Origin: a virus | Taxonomy: Duplodnaviria; Caudoviricetes | Length of the DNA: 64,000 nt | Virus record (IMG/VR): IMGVR_UViG_3300022602_000026 | Direction: 5' to 3' (one strand) | Shown: positions 29,549 to 39,767 of the stretch, one piece after another | Layout of the letters: each line of letters starts with the position of its first letter | Position numbering within the stretch: position 1 is the first letter of the stretch | The notes under the pieces: model-generated | Seen by the model: the letters and a program-made list of their open reading frames with translations, nothing else | Told to the model about the DNA's origin: nothing | Databases searched by the model: none | Translations under genes and position numbers: made by a program

Positions 29549-32500
29549 ATGGCATTAGTATCCCCAGGCACAAGCATAACAGTTACAGACGAAAGCGCAT
29601 ACGTTTCAAACGCAATCGGAACAGTACCACTAGTTATAATGGCCACCGCAGAAAACAAAACTCTAAATGGCGCATTGTGCACCGGCACAACAGCTGCTAA
29701 TGCAGGGCAATTACAGATTTTTGGAAGTCAACGAGACCTAAGTACCGCAATGGGATATCCAATATTCCAACAAAGCAGTGCAGGAACTCCTTTACATGGA
29801 AACGAATTAAACGAATACGGCCTAATGGCAGCATACAGTGCATTGGGTCTAGGTAATCAGTTATATGCAATTCGTGCCGATATTGATTTAAATCAATTAC
29901 AAGGTACCAGTGTTCGCCCAACAGGCGCAGTAGCAGACGGTACCAATTGGTTTGATCTGGCAGATACAAGTTGGGGGATTTACGAGTGGAGCGCAAGCAC
30001 ACAGAGCTTTACGGCACAAACTCCCACAGTAATTACATCAACATCACAGACCACAACCTCTACACAAGGTAGCTTGACAAACGAGCCAACTCCACTACAA
30101 AGTATTGGTACTGTTGGTAGCTATGCAGTGGTTGCAACAACAATAAACAATCGTGTGTTTTATAAAGCCGGCGACGACAGCGGCGATTTGAACTTAAGAA
30201 GTATTTCTAATACATGGGTATTGGTTGGAACTCCTGCTTGGCACAAGTGCCACCCAACTGTATTGGCTACAACTGCAAATACAACCGCATTGGCTTCATT
30301 GACCAGCAGTGGTAATTTAAGCATTAACGGACATACTGTTACTTTAGGTTCTGTTGCAACAGCAGCAGCATTTGCAGCTAATATTAATAGCGCGGCTATT
30401 ACTGGTATTTCTGCTGACGTGGTCAGCAATCAACTTGCTATTTACAGTGACGGAACTTCAACTGGTCTAAATGCCGGTGATGGTAGAATCGTAATTTCTA
30501 CGGCCTACAATGGTGCAGGTAATACTGCATTAATTAATGCATTGGGTCTAACTTCTGGTACTTATAACAATACCAGTTTCCAATACAGTAACTACGCCAG
30601 TGTTCCATATTGGACCACTGCAGATTCTTATTCAGCCGGAACACCTACTGCCCCTGGATCGGGTGCTGCCCCAAGTGGTAGCGTTTGGTTCAAAGTTGGC
30701 GCAATTGGTGGCGGAGCAAACTTTGTATTCAAAACATACAATGCAACTACACAATTGTGGAATCCAGAAACTTCACAAGCGTACCCAATAACCGCTCAAG
30801 CAATATATGGATTAGATCCAAGTGCTGGCGGAAGCAATATTGCAAAGGGAACAATTTTTCTTGATGAAGATCCAAATCCTGCAGGAACTGGAAAGCTGGG
30901 TTATGCTGGTTTCAAACCAAAAGTTCGCCAAGTCAGCGGACAAGTTAGTGCTACCGGTAGCGCATTGAATCCAACTTTCACAAACGGGTCGATCTTTACA
31001 ATGGCTGTAACTCAGCCCGGAGCAACTACTTCGACAACATATACAATTACTCTTGCAGGCACAGGCGCAACTGATTTCGTAACAGCAATCCTCAAAGCCA
31101 ATATTCCAAATGTAAGTGCACAAGTTAATTCAAATGGCAGCATTACTATTACACATTTAGCTGGTGGCGATATTGTATTAACTCCAAACGGCAGTTATCC
31201 TACAGTGATTAGTGCTGCAGGATTTATCAGCGGTGTTACCAATGTTTATGTATACGGAACAAGCGCAGTAATCAGTGGATTTGCACCGTTAACATATACA
31301 TACAGTGCGACCCAACCAGTTGCAGATCCTGCAAATGGCACATTGTGGTACTACAGTGATCCTACAATTGTTGATATCATGATCAACACTGGAACAACTT
31401 GGAAAGGTTACCAAAATGTAACTTCGGATGCTCGTGGATACAACCTATCAGTAACTGACTCAAATGGTGTCAATGTACAAGCCAGCGCACCAGTAGCACA
31501 AAGCGATGGCAGCAGTCTTGTTGCTGGTGATTTATGGTTGAACACAAGTGATTTAGAAAACTGGCCAGCATTGTATCGTTATAACGGCAGTGCTTGGGTA
31601 TCAATTGATAACACTGACCATGTAAGTCAAAACGGTATCATATTTGCCGATGCACGTTGGGATACAAGTGGTACAACTGATCCTATTAGTGGAACAGAAG
31701 TATTAACCACCGGCACAACTGCATCGCCAAGTCCGTTCCTAACAAGTAATTATGTTGACTTAGACGCACCTAACCCAGAATTATATCCACGTGGTATGTT
31801 GTTATTCAACACACGTCGCAGTGGTTACAATGTTAAGAAATACATTGCAGATTACTTCACCCCAACTGCATTTAATGTAGCAAACTGGAGTAGCACTACA
31901 ACCTATAACACAGGTTCAACAGTGTACTACGGATCAACAATTTATGTTAGCTTGCAAAATTCTAACACAAATCAGAATCCAGCATCGCAGACAACTTACT
32001 GGACTCCGTTACAAACTGCATCTTGGGTAACTGCAAGTGGCCTAAACACCACAAACAATACTCCATATGCTGGACATTATGCTCAACGCCAAATGGTAGT
32101 TGCTGCAATGAATGCCGCAGTTGAAGCAAACACAGAAATCCGTGAAGAACAATTTAGCTACCAGTTAATTTGTGCTCCTGGATATCCTGAATTGATTCCT
32201 AACTTGGTTGCACTAAACAATGACCGTGCTAATACAGCATTTGTTATTGGTGATACACCAATGGGACTAGATACAAACGTTGTAGACATTACAAATTGGA
32301 GCAATGATACTAATGGTAATGGATTGGCAACTGATGACCCTTATTTGGCAGTGTACTATCCAAGCGGATTGAGCACAGACCTAAGCGGAAATACTATTAT
32401 GGTTCCGCCAAGTCATATGGCACTACGCACATACTTGTATAGCGATAACGTAAGTTATCCTTGGTTTGCTCCTGCAGGTACACGTCGTGGATTGGTTAAC

Positions 32501-33001
32501 AATGCTACAGACTTAGGTTATGTAGATTATGCAACTGGAGAATTTGTACGTACTGGTGTACAACAAAGTCTACGCGATGCATTGTACCAACTAAAGATTA
32601 ATCCAATCACAATTTTACCAGGAATTGGTATTGTTGTTTGGGGTCAAAAGACTCGTGATCCAAATACAGAAAGCATGGACCGCGTTAACGTAAGTCGTTT
32701 GGTAAATTACTTGCGTACTATTTTTGCTAGTGCTGGTAATGCGTTCTTATTTGAACCCAACGATAAGACTACACGTGACCAGTTTGCAGCAGTCTTAAGT
32801 AGTGCATTAAACGACTTGGTTGCAAAACGTGGTATTTACGATTATTTGGTGGTTTGTGATACAACAAACAATACTCCAGATATTATTGCAAATAATGAGC
32901 TTTATGCGGATGTTGCTATTGAGCCTGAAAGAGCTGTTGAGTTTATTTACGTTCCGATTCGCTTGTATAACCCAGGTCAAATCGCTTCGCTAGGTAAGTA
33001 A
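29549..33001 (+). CDS. gp18: Tail sheath protein (T4 gp18-like) with large insertions
   Basis: MALVSPGTSITVTDES start; LICAPGYP, SYPWFAPAGTRRG, INPI, RVNVSRL, LFEPND, EFIYVPI. Confidence 0.95.
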   Translation: MALVSPGTSITVTDESAYVSNAIGTVPLVIMATAENKTLNGALCTGTTAANAGQLQIFGSQRDLSTAMGYPIFQQSSAGTPLHGNELNEYGLMAAYSALGLGNQLYAIRADIDLNQLQGTSVRPTGAVADGTNWFDLADTSWGIYEWSASTQSFTAQTPTVITSTSQTTTSTQGSLTNEPTPLQSIGTVGSYAVVATTINNRVFYKAGDDSGDLNLRSISNTWVLVGTPAWHKCHPTVLATTANTTALASLTSSGNLSINGHTVTLGSVATAAAFAANINSAAITGISADVVSNQLAIYSDGTSTGLNAGDGRIVISTAYNGAGNTALINALGLTSGTYNNTSFQYSNYASVPYWTTADSYSAGTPTAPGSGAAPSGSVWFKVGAIGGGANFVFKTYNATTQLWNPETSQAYPITAQAIYGLDPSAGGSNIAKGTIFLDEDPNPAGTGKLGYAGFKPKVRQVSGQVSATGSALNPTFTNGSIFTMAVTQPGATTSTTYTITLAGTGATDFVTAILKANIPNVSAQVNSNGSITITHLAGGDIVLTPNGSYPTVISAAGFISGVTNVYVYGTSAVISGFAPLTYTYSATQPVADPANGTLWYYSDPTIVDIMINTGTTWKGYQNVTSDARGYNLSVTDSNGVNVQASAPVAQSDGSSLVAGDLWLNTSDLENWPALYRYNGSAWVSIDNTDHVSQNGIIFADARWDTSGTTDPISGTEVLTTGTTASPSPFLTSNYVDLDAPNPELYPRGMLLFNTRRSGYNVKKYIADYFTPTAFNVANWSSTTTYNTGSTVYYGSTIYVSLQNSNTNQNPASQTTYWTPLQTASWVTASGLNTTNNTPYAGHYAQRQMVVAAMNAAVEANTEIREEQFSYQLICAPGYPELIPNLVALNNDRANTAFVIGDTPMGLDTNVVDITNWSNDTNGNGLATDDPYLAVYYPSGLSTDLSGNTIMVPPSHMALRTYLYSDNVSYPWFAPAGTRRGLVNNATDLGYVDYATGEFVRTGVQQSLRDALYQLKINPITILPGIGIVVWGQKTRDPNTESMDRVNVSRLVNYLRTIFASAGNAFLFEPNDKTTRDQFAAVLSSALNDLVAKRGIYDYLVVCDTTNNTPDIIANNELYADVAIEPERAVEFIYVPIRLYNPGQIASLGK

Positions 33002-33035
33002 GAAAACAGATAAATAAAAGTATACAGGAGAAGAA

Positions 33036-33674
33036 ATGTCAACAGCATCCTTAACAAATATAACAGTACCCCTAGCGGCCGGCGGTAGTTCGGCCACTGG
33101 GCAAGGTCTGTTAATGCCAAAATTAAAATTTAGATTCCGTTTAAGTTTTACAGGATTTGGCGTCAGCGCAGGACAATTAGTTGAACTAACAAAACAAGTT
33201 CAAGATGTAAAGCGTCCAACTTTAAACTTTAATCCAATTACCATTGATGTTTACAATAGCAAGGTATACTTGCAAGGTAAACCTGAGTGGGGCGAAATTA
33301 CAATTACATTGCGTGATGATGCAGGCGGTAATGTTAGCCAATTGGTTGGTGAACAGATTCAGAAACAGTTTGACTTTGAAGAACAGTCAAGTGCTGCATC
33401 TGGTATCGATTACAAGTTTACACTATTACTAGAAATACTAGATGGCGGAAACGGTACAAATACCCCAATAACTTTGGAATCATGGCAATTATACGGATGC
33501 TTCTTGAGTCAAGTTGACTACGGTGAAATGAACTATGCCACTAACGAACAAGCAACAGTACAATTGACTGTACGTTACGACAATGCAGAACAAATACCAC
33601 AAGGCAATCAAACAACTGCTGCTGGTGTTGGTGCAACAATTGCTCGTACTGTTGGAGCAACAATTACTGGTTAA
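33036..33674 (+). CDS. gp19: Tail tube protein (T4 gp19-like)
   Basis: LMPKLKFRFR..GKPEW..ITLRDD..WQLYGCF..LTVRYDNA; directly after sheath. Confidence 0.9.
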   Translation: MSTASLTNITVPLAAGGSSATGQGLLMPKLKFRFRLSFTGFGVSAGQLVELTKQVQDVKRPTLNFNPITIDVYNSKVYLQGKPEWGEITITLRDDAGGNVSQLVGEQIQKQFDFEEQSSAASGIDYKFTLLLEILDGGNGTNTPITLESWQLYGCFLSQVDYGEMNYATNEQATVQLTVRYDNAEQIPQGNQTTAAGVGATIARTVGATITG

Positions 33675-33691
33675 TCCTGGTAATTATAAAG

Positions 33692-33715
33692 AACCCGCTA
33701 ACGGCGGGTTTTTTT
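33692..33715 (+). terminator. Intrinsic terminator
   Basis: AACCCGC-TAACG-GCGGGTT-TTTTT. Confidence 0.85.
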
Positions 33716-33731
33716 ATGGCTAAATAATAAT

Positions 33732-34754
33732 ATGAGTATAATAAATGATTTCTTAGGCGGTGCAGTTACCGGGGCAAATTTGCGTGACTTCAAGCACGCC
33801 CATAATTTATTTACAAACAACAACTATTCACTAAGCCCCAAGTATAGTTTTCTATTTCATGTTGCATTTGACATCAATCCACAACTGAGTAGATTGCCTA
33901 ATCTAGAAAAAATACAAGCTGGTATGATGGTTAAGAGTGTAAACTTGCCCAAGTACACCATGGATGTAAAGACATACAATGCCTACAATCGTCCTAACTA
34001 TGTAAATACCAAAATAAAATACGATCCGGTACAAATTACGTTTCACGATGACAGTGCCGATGCAGTAAGAGACTTTTGGTATGATTACATGAGTCACTTT
34101 TATCGTGACAGTGACTATGGAGCCAATCCCGGCTTTTATCAACAACACACAAAGTACAATGCACAACAAACTGAACATTGGGGATATTTGCCGGCCAAGT
34201 ATACACAGAGTGGTGCAGAAGAAAGAATTTTAAACTTTATTAAAATTTACAGTTTACATCAAAAACGATTCACCGAATACATCTTGGTCAATCCTGTTAT
34301 TACAAGTTTCCAACACGGGCAACATGTACAAGGACAAAATGAATTTATGGAAAATACAATGACAGTTGAGTACGAAACTGTCATTTACAATTACGGTTCA
34401 TTTAAACTCGGCGGCGAGCCTGCCGGCATCATGCCCGATTATGATAAACAACCAAGTCCATTGACTCCTGGTGGTGGTGGAACAACAAGCCTACTGGGTC
34501 CTGGCGGTTTATTAAGTTCAGCAGACGGTATAGCACAACAAGTTGGCTCTGGTAATTTATTGGGTGCTGGATTGATTGCAGGACAAACATTTAATAAACT
34601 CAAAGGTCAAAATCTTGGCGCACTAGCCGGAACCGAACTTAAAAATCTTGGCATGAGCATATTAAGCGGCGACACTAATGCTTTGAACCGATTGGCTCTG
34701 CCCAAAGCCGGATCAGCCAACGGAACTAATAGTTTGGTCTCGGCTGGAGATTAA
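33732..34754 (+). CDS. Tube-fold baseplate / tail-tube initiator (gp48/gp54-like)
   Basis: VKSVNLPKY..YDPVQITFHDD..MTVEYE tube-like fold; TAAATA 33721-33726. Confidence 0.55.
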   Translation: MSIINDFLGGAVTGANLRDFKHAHNLFTNNNYSLSPKYSFLFHVAFDINPQLSRLPNLEKIQAGMMVKSVNLPKYTMDVKTYNAYNRPNYVNTKIKYDPVQITFHDDSADAVRDFWYDYMSHFYRDSDYGANPGFYQQHTKYNAQQTEHWGYLPAKYTQSGAEERILNFIKIYSLHQKRFTEYILVNPVITSFQHGQHVQGQNEFMENTMTVEYETVIYNYGSFKLGGEPAGIMPDYDKQPSPLTPGGGGTTSLLGPGGLLSSADGIAQQVGSGNLLGAGLIAGQTFNKLKGQNLGALAGTELKNLGMSILSGDTNALNRLALPKAGSANGTNSLVSAGD

Positions 34755-34755
34755 T

Positions 34756-35004
34756 ATGGCGCAAAAACCTATTATATTAATTTACAATAATAATTCCGGA
34801 CCCACTGGACCCACTGGCGGTAATCCTAATCAAAATCTTGCCGGAGTTGCAGCAGTAAGTTTATATGCTATTGCCCCTGGCATCGCTCCGCAAGCGCCAA
34901 TACCGGGCAACACCGACGCAGCGTCAGTTATACAAAGCAATGGCGAGCTAATAGGCAATGCACAACTTCCATACAATCCACTACCTCGAGGACTTAACAA
35001 ATGA
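34756..35004 (+). CDS. Small hypothetical virion protein
   Basis: Tightly packed in-frame ORF, P/G/N-rich. Confidence 0.55.
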   Translation: MAQKPIILIYNNNSGPTGPTGGNPNQNLAGVAAVSLYAIAPGIAPQAPIPGNTDAASVIQSNGELIGNAQLPYNPLPRGLNK

Positions 35005-35381
35005 GCTCACCATCAAACATAACCGGCGTCAATGTTGCCAGCAACAGTGACACTTCGGCACAGACCTACTTCAACAATTATTTTGTAGGAACTCCAAACA
35101 TATCCAGCAATCAAAACGATGCAGTAACGGCCTACTTTCAAAAAGTCACAGGCGGTAATACTCAATCAGCACAAATATTGGCCAGTACCGTGATCTATAC
35201 AGCAATGAGCCAAGGCTTAGATCCAATGAGTATTATTCAACAGTTCCAAGAAGTTCCACAAGGGCAACTTACATTGTATCTTGCTATGTTTTTAAATCTA
35301 AATAGAGTTGGAACAAGCCTAGTTGGATTAAACAATCAACCCATTGTGAACAAATATATTACACGATCAATATTGGCATAA
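35001..35381 (+). CDS. Hypothetical virion protein
   Basis: ATGA overlap with the upstream ORF. Confidence 0.65.
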   Translation: MSSPSNITGVNVASNSDTSAQTYFNNYFVGTPNISSNQNDAVTAYFQKVTGGNTQSAQILASTVIYTAMSQGLDPMSIIQQFQEVPQGQLTLYLAMFLNLNRVGTSLVGLNNQPIVNKYITRSILA

Positions 35382-35382
35382 C

Positions 35383-35820
35383 ATGAGCAAATATGCAAAT
35401 GGGTTTTATCAATTACTCAACCCAGAAAAATATATAGGCAAAAAAGCACCACACTATCGCAGCAGTTGGGAACACGCAGTAATGCGTATGTGCGATGCCA
35501 ATCCCAGTATACTGCAATGGGCCAACGAAGCACTGCACATCAATTACAAGAATCCCTTTACCAATCGCAACACCATTTATGTACCCGACTTCTTTGTGAT
35601 GTATCAGGACGCCAACAATCGACAACATGCCGAACTTTGGGAAATAAAACCGCAAAAAGAAACCACACTGGAAGCCGCGGGCAATAGCAAACGTGCCCAA
35701 GCAGCTGCAATACTCAACATGTGCAAATGGCAAGCGGCCCGCGCCTATTGTCAAGCCAACAATCTTACATTTAGAATCATTACCGAAAATGATTTGTTCC
35801 ATCAAGGTCGCGCCAAATAA
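35383..35820 (+). CDS. gp4: Head completion nuclease (T4 gp4-like, TnsA-type fold)
   Basis: YRSSWE..QWANE..INY.NP..IYVPDFF..EIKP..NMCKWQAA. Confidence 0.85.
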   Translation: MSKYANGFYQLLNPEKYIGKKAPHYRSSWEHAVMRMCDANPSILQWANEALHINYKNPFTNRNTIYVPDFFVMYQDANNRQHAELWEIKPQKETTLEAAGNSKRAQAAAILNMCKWQAARAYCQANNLTFRIITENDLFHQGRAK

Positions 35821-35828
35821 ATATTGGT

Positions 35829-36329
35829 ATGACTAAAAAATTAGAAAACTTATTGAATCTTCCCACATCCACCAGTGAAGATACCACTGCACAAGAAGCC
35901 TTGGATTTTATCAAAGAAAACCAGGATGTAATCGCTGACGTAGACAGTGCTATCGGTAAAATTGATGCTGCCCTGCCCCTAGTACGAGACCTAGAAGCCG
36001 GGGACGCCGAACTCGACGAACTTGCTGACCTAGCAAAAAGCAAAGCCGAAGACTTGATGGATTTGGGTATGAATATTGATCCTAGATTCGCAGGGGTTAT
36101 TATGCAGACTGCGGGCACTATGTTGGGCCATGCAATCACTGCCAAAACTGCCAAAATGGACAAGAAGTTGAGAATGATCAATCTACAGTTGGCCAAAGCT
36201 CGATTAGATCATCAAATTAAAAAAGATGCTAAAGTAATTGACGACCCTGAAGAAGCAGTTGACGGCAAAGGCATTGTGCTTGATCGTAATGAACTGCTAA
36301 AACAAATCTTAGCAGGCCAAAAGAAATAA
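35829..36329 (+). CDS. Helical protein, possibly terminase small subunit
   Basis: Helical acidic protein downstream of gp4; functional call is a weak recollection only. Confidence 0.35.
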   Translation: MTKKLENLLNLPTSTSEDTTAQEALDFIKENQDVIADVDSAIGKIDAALPLVRDLEAGDAELDELADLAKSKAEDLMDLGMNIDPRFAGVIMQTAGTMLGHAITAKTAKMDKKLRMINLQLAKARLDHQIKKDAKVIDDPEEAVDGKGIVLDRNELLKQILAGQKK

Positions 36330-36362
36330 ACTTTAATAAATATAGTAATAGGATAACACACT

Positions 36363-37013
36363 ATGCCAGTAACACAATCATACCAAAATTACTACTTCAA
36401 TGCAAAGAAATTGTATGAATTTCGCATCAAAGTAGCTAATTTAGACATCACTAACAAAGCAATAATGGAAGCCATTAAAAATGCTTTGAATGCCTACGAA
36501 GTAGAATCAATTTCTGCACCAAAACGTTTGCCCATACAAGAACACAAGGACTTTGGAAAATTAGGTCCCTGTGAAGTTTATGTGGTTGATGTAGCAGTAA
36601 ACTACCCAACTATAGCCGAACAAGTTCGTCAGTTAGTTATCAATCGTGCACGGGTTCCTAACCATTGTGTATGTGTTGAAACATTAAATCAAGCCGAACA
36701 AGAAGACGAAGTCAATGCTAAAATTTTAGAGCAAGGCGAAGGTGGCCCTATAATTGAAAACCCAGAACTAAAAGAAGCTCCTGGAGGTCAAGAAATCGCT
36801 GGACAACGACGAGTGGACAGTCTACTAAAAGATCTAGCCAAACGACCACAAATGTCAAGAGCATACGAGGTGTCGGGCACAGATACTACCATTGGTGGCG
36901 ACAAGCAATCATCATATGGCAAGACAACAAACGATTTACCAATGGGAGATAAGACTCCTATGACACAACAAAACAAAGTTTACCAAGGCAGTAAAGGATT
37001 GAAACTAAAATGA
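36363..37013 (+). CDS. Hypothetical protein (late)
   Basis: TAAATA 36337-36342, SD AGGA. Confidence 0.7.
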   Translation: MPVTQSYQNYYFNAKKLYEFRIKVANLDITNKAIMEAIKNALNAYEVESISAPKRLPIQEHKDFGKLGPCEVYVVDVAVNYPTIAEQVRQLVINRARVPNHCVCVETLNQAEQEDEVNAKILEQGEGGPIIENPELKEAPGGQEIAGQRRVDSLLKDLAKRPQMSRAYEVSGTDTTIGGDKQSSYGKTTNDLPMGDKTPMTQQNKVYQGSKGLKLK

Positions 37014-38947
37014 GCAGCAACAACATGTACAACATTCTAAACACATTAAAAAGTTTAGAGCCCACTCCCGAACAAACAGTTAAAGAAACTGCTCGTCGTA
37101 TCTATGAAAGCGTGGAAGCGCAGGGCAGTATTACTGCAGGTGTTACATCTGTTGAACAAACACTAAGCGAAAAGTACATGGGCTTTAAAAAAACTGCAGC
37201 CGCAGTGGCAAAAAATCCCAAGGTACGTGATCCTGAAGCAGTGGCTGCCTCAATTGGTCGTAAAAAATATGGTAAGGACGCATTCCAAAAGGCTGCTGCC
37301 AAAGGCAAAAAGATGCACGAATCACAACATGTTCCAATTGGTCAACAAATGGCAAATGATGGTATTACATACAGTCGTGAAAAAGAACGGGAACTTATTG
37401 ATTTAATGGCTCAATACATGAAGAAAGATGGAATGAGCCCAAAATCAATTCGTTATTACCTAAGCTATGACGAAGATTATATTCCTGATCAATTAGGTTA
37501 CTTGCCAAGAGAGCAAGGTATGGCAGAAGGCGCAAAGCCCGACTTCCTTGATTTAGATCACGACGGTAATGAAAAAGAGTCAATGAAAAAAGCTGCTAAG
37601 GATAATGTACGTGTGCACAAAGGCACATACGGTACAAGTTATGATCCTAGCGACGAAGAGAAAAAAGACAAGCCCAAACGTGAAATCAAACACGGACAAA
37701 AAGGTCGCCCAAAAGCCGAAAAGCCACTAGATTCTAAATCAGCCCCAAAAGGCGATATCTTTGGACGTACTACAGGTGATGTGCCAAAAGGTAAAAAAGG
37801 CACACGTGTCAAGGGCAAAGACATGGTGGACGAAGTTATAACAAAGAAAACACCAGCTGGTGATATTATACATGACTTCATGCATAGCAAAAACAAAAAG
37901 TTTGCTGGCAAGAGCAAAGAGCAACGTAAGAACCAAGCACTAGGTGCTTACTATGGTATGCATCCTGAAAAGAGCAACGAAAGCGTGACCGAAAGCACCA
38001 AGTACAAAAAGCAAAACTTCATGTTTGAAAGTTTTAACTTTGCCAACATGATGAAAGAAACAGATCAAACTGTTCAAGAAATGTTGACCGAGTTACAAAG
38101 CGACATTGCTAACTTTAAACTAACTGGCGAGTGCAGTCCAAAACTAGATGCGTTCTTACGTGTACATGGACATAGCAAAAAGCAATTGGCCGATGAAGCC
38201 AAAATGCCCAAAGTATTGGACAAAATTGGTAGCGCAGTTAAAACAGGTTGGGAAAAAGTAAGCCATCCCGATGATGACGCAATGCTGGACAAACTGTACA
38301 AAGATACATTACCACCCGGAGCAAGTAGTGCTCCTGACAACGCACATGATGAGTTGGATGAACTAGCACAACTAGCTGGTATCACTGATGAAGGTAATGC
38401 GTTTACTGGCAAGCTGGCCAAGACTGCACACGGTGACAGTTTTGACCTAGATGGTAAAACTTACAAAGATACAAGTCAACTTGATGAAGAAACATGCAAC
38501 GAATGTGGCATGTACGAAAGCCAATGTAGTTGCACAGAAGGTAACTTGTTTACTAAGAAATTGGCACAAACACCCAAAGGTGGCGAATTTGAGCTAGATG
38601 GTAAACAGTACAAAGACACAAGCAATTTAGATGAAACTTCAATGAAGTTAGAAGACATTGCTCGACTAGCAGGTATTGCAGTAGAAGGTAAAGACTACGG
38701 TGATACAAGTTTCAATGAAGCACCCACATATGACAATACTCCCAACGAAGAAGTGCAAGGTGAAGATGTATTGTTAAAAGGTGGCGATGGCGAAGTTGCT
38801 GGCCAAGAAAAGAAAATGGCCAAAGATGGTGCAGCACGCTTCAGTGACAACCCACTTGCAATGAAAGAAGCCGCAACTTTTGATCCAATTGAAGCAATGG
38901 GCCGTAAGTTGATGAAACAATACGAGAGTATTAAACTACAAAAATGA
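37010..38947 (+). CDS. Modular charged protein, probable internal head protein
   Basis: Short modules separated by xxE sites; duplicated EGNxFT..LDGKxYKDTSxLDE; DFLDLDHDG. Confidence 0.6.
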   Translation: MSSNNMYNILNTLKSLEPTPEQTVKETARRIYESVEAQGSITAGVTSVEQTLSEKYMGFKKTAAAVAKNPKVRDPEAVAASIGRKKYGKDAFQKAAAKGKKMHESQHVPIGQQMANDGITYSREKERELIDLMAQYMKKDGMSPKSIRYYLSYDEDYIPDQLGYLPREQGMAEGAKPDFLDLDHDGNEKESMKKAAKDNVRVHKGTYGTSYDPSDEEKKDKPKREIKHGQKGRPKAEKPLDSKSAPKGDIFGRTTGDVPKGKKGTRVKGKDMVDEVITKKTPAGDIIHDFMHSKNKKFAGKSKEQRKNQALGAYYGMHPEKSNESVTESTKYKKQNFMFESFNFANMMKETDQTVQEMLTELQSDIANFKLTGECSPKLDAFLRVHGHSKKQLADEAKMPKVLDKIGSAVKTGWEKVSHPDDDAMLDKLYKDTLPPGASSAPDNAHDELDELAQLAGITDEGNAFTGKLAKTAHGDSFDLDGKTYKDTSQLDEETCNECGMYESQCSCTEGNLFTKKLAQTPKGGEFELDGKQYKDTSNLDETSMKLEDIARLAGIAVEGKDYGDTSFNEAPTYDNTPNEEVQGEDVLLKGGDGEVAGQEKKMAKDGAARFSDNPLAMKEAATFDPIEAMGRKLMKQYESIKLQK

Positions 38948-39387
38948 AAACATTTTTAGATTACTTGGCCGAAGCCGAAGGACGACAACTGACCGAAAGC
39001 AACGGTCCCGACGATATTCCAGCGGATCCGGACAAGCTACACGGGCCACATGTGTCGGCATTGAACGGAGCAATATCAACTCCTGACATCAGTAACAATA
39101 AGTCATTTGGCCGTCAATACACTCAAATGCGTTATTTTATTGCCTTAGCTGGTGCACACAGTGACAAAGACAAGAGTGAAGAAATGGATCCGATTGGAGC
39201 ATTTGCTGGCGATCCTTTGGCTCTAGGCTACACCGATGAAGAAGATCGAATGATTCAAAATGCTCTCGACATGGTCAATGGTGGACGTGCACTACCAATG
39301 GGCAACAATCGTAGTACCGAACATTCAGATGTTTATAAAGTAAGTCCACATCGCAATCCTGGACCAATTAAACTAAATCGCAAATGA
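38944..39387 (+). CDS. Probable internal head protein
   Basis: N-terminus MKTFLDYLAE resembles the T4 capsid-targeting sequence. Confidence 0.6.
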   Translation: MKTFLDYLAEAEGRQLTESNGPDDIPADPDKLHGPHVSALNGAISTPDISNNKSFGRQYTQMRYFIALAGAHSDKDKSEEMDPIGAFAGDPLALGYTDEEDRMIQNALDMVNGGRALPMGNNRSTEHSDVYKVSPHRNPGPIKLNRK

Positions 39388-39767
39388 AAATAAACGAGAT
39401 CATTCGAGAAGGTAGAGGCCCGGTTGGCGAACATCCCGACCATGCCAAACATGCCAATACCGGCGAGTGGCAATTTCGTGACGTTGGCGGTTGGTATCCC
39501 ACGTATAATCTAAATCGTGTCATGATGGCAGCCGGCATGTCTGATGGAAGCAACAAAAAGATAGAAATAGATCCGGCCAGTTGGGTCAGTGTGTTCAACG
39601 TGGCTCGTCCCTATAGCGATATCGAACACAAAATGATGCAACAGGCATTCAAAGCCATTGGCAGTGAAGTTTATCATACCGAAGCAGACCACAAGAGCAA
39701 AGAACATCCCGAGACACATAATCGAAGCCCACATCGCAATCCCGGCCCTATTAAATTACGAAAATGA
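39384..39767 (+). CDS. Probable internal head protein, paralog of the preceding gene
   Basis: N-terminus MKINEIIRE; shared C-terminal SPHRNPGPIKL. Confidence 0.6.
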   Translation: MKINEIIREGRGPVGEHPDHAKHANTGEWQFRDVGGWYPTYNLNRVMMAAGMSDGSNKKIEIDPASWVSVFNVARPYSDIEHKMMQQAFKAIGSEVYHTEADHKSKEHPETHNRSPHRNPGPIKLRK

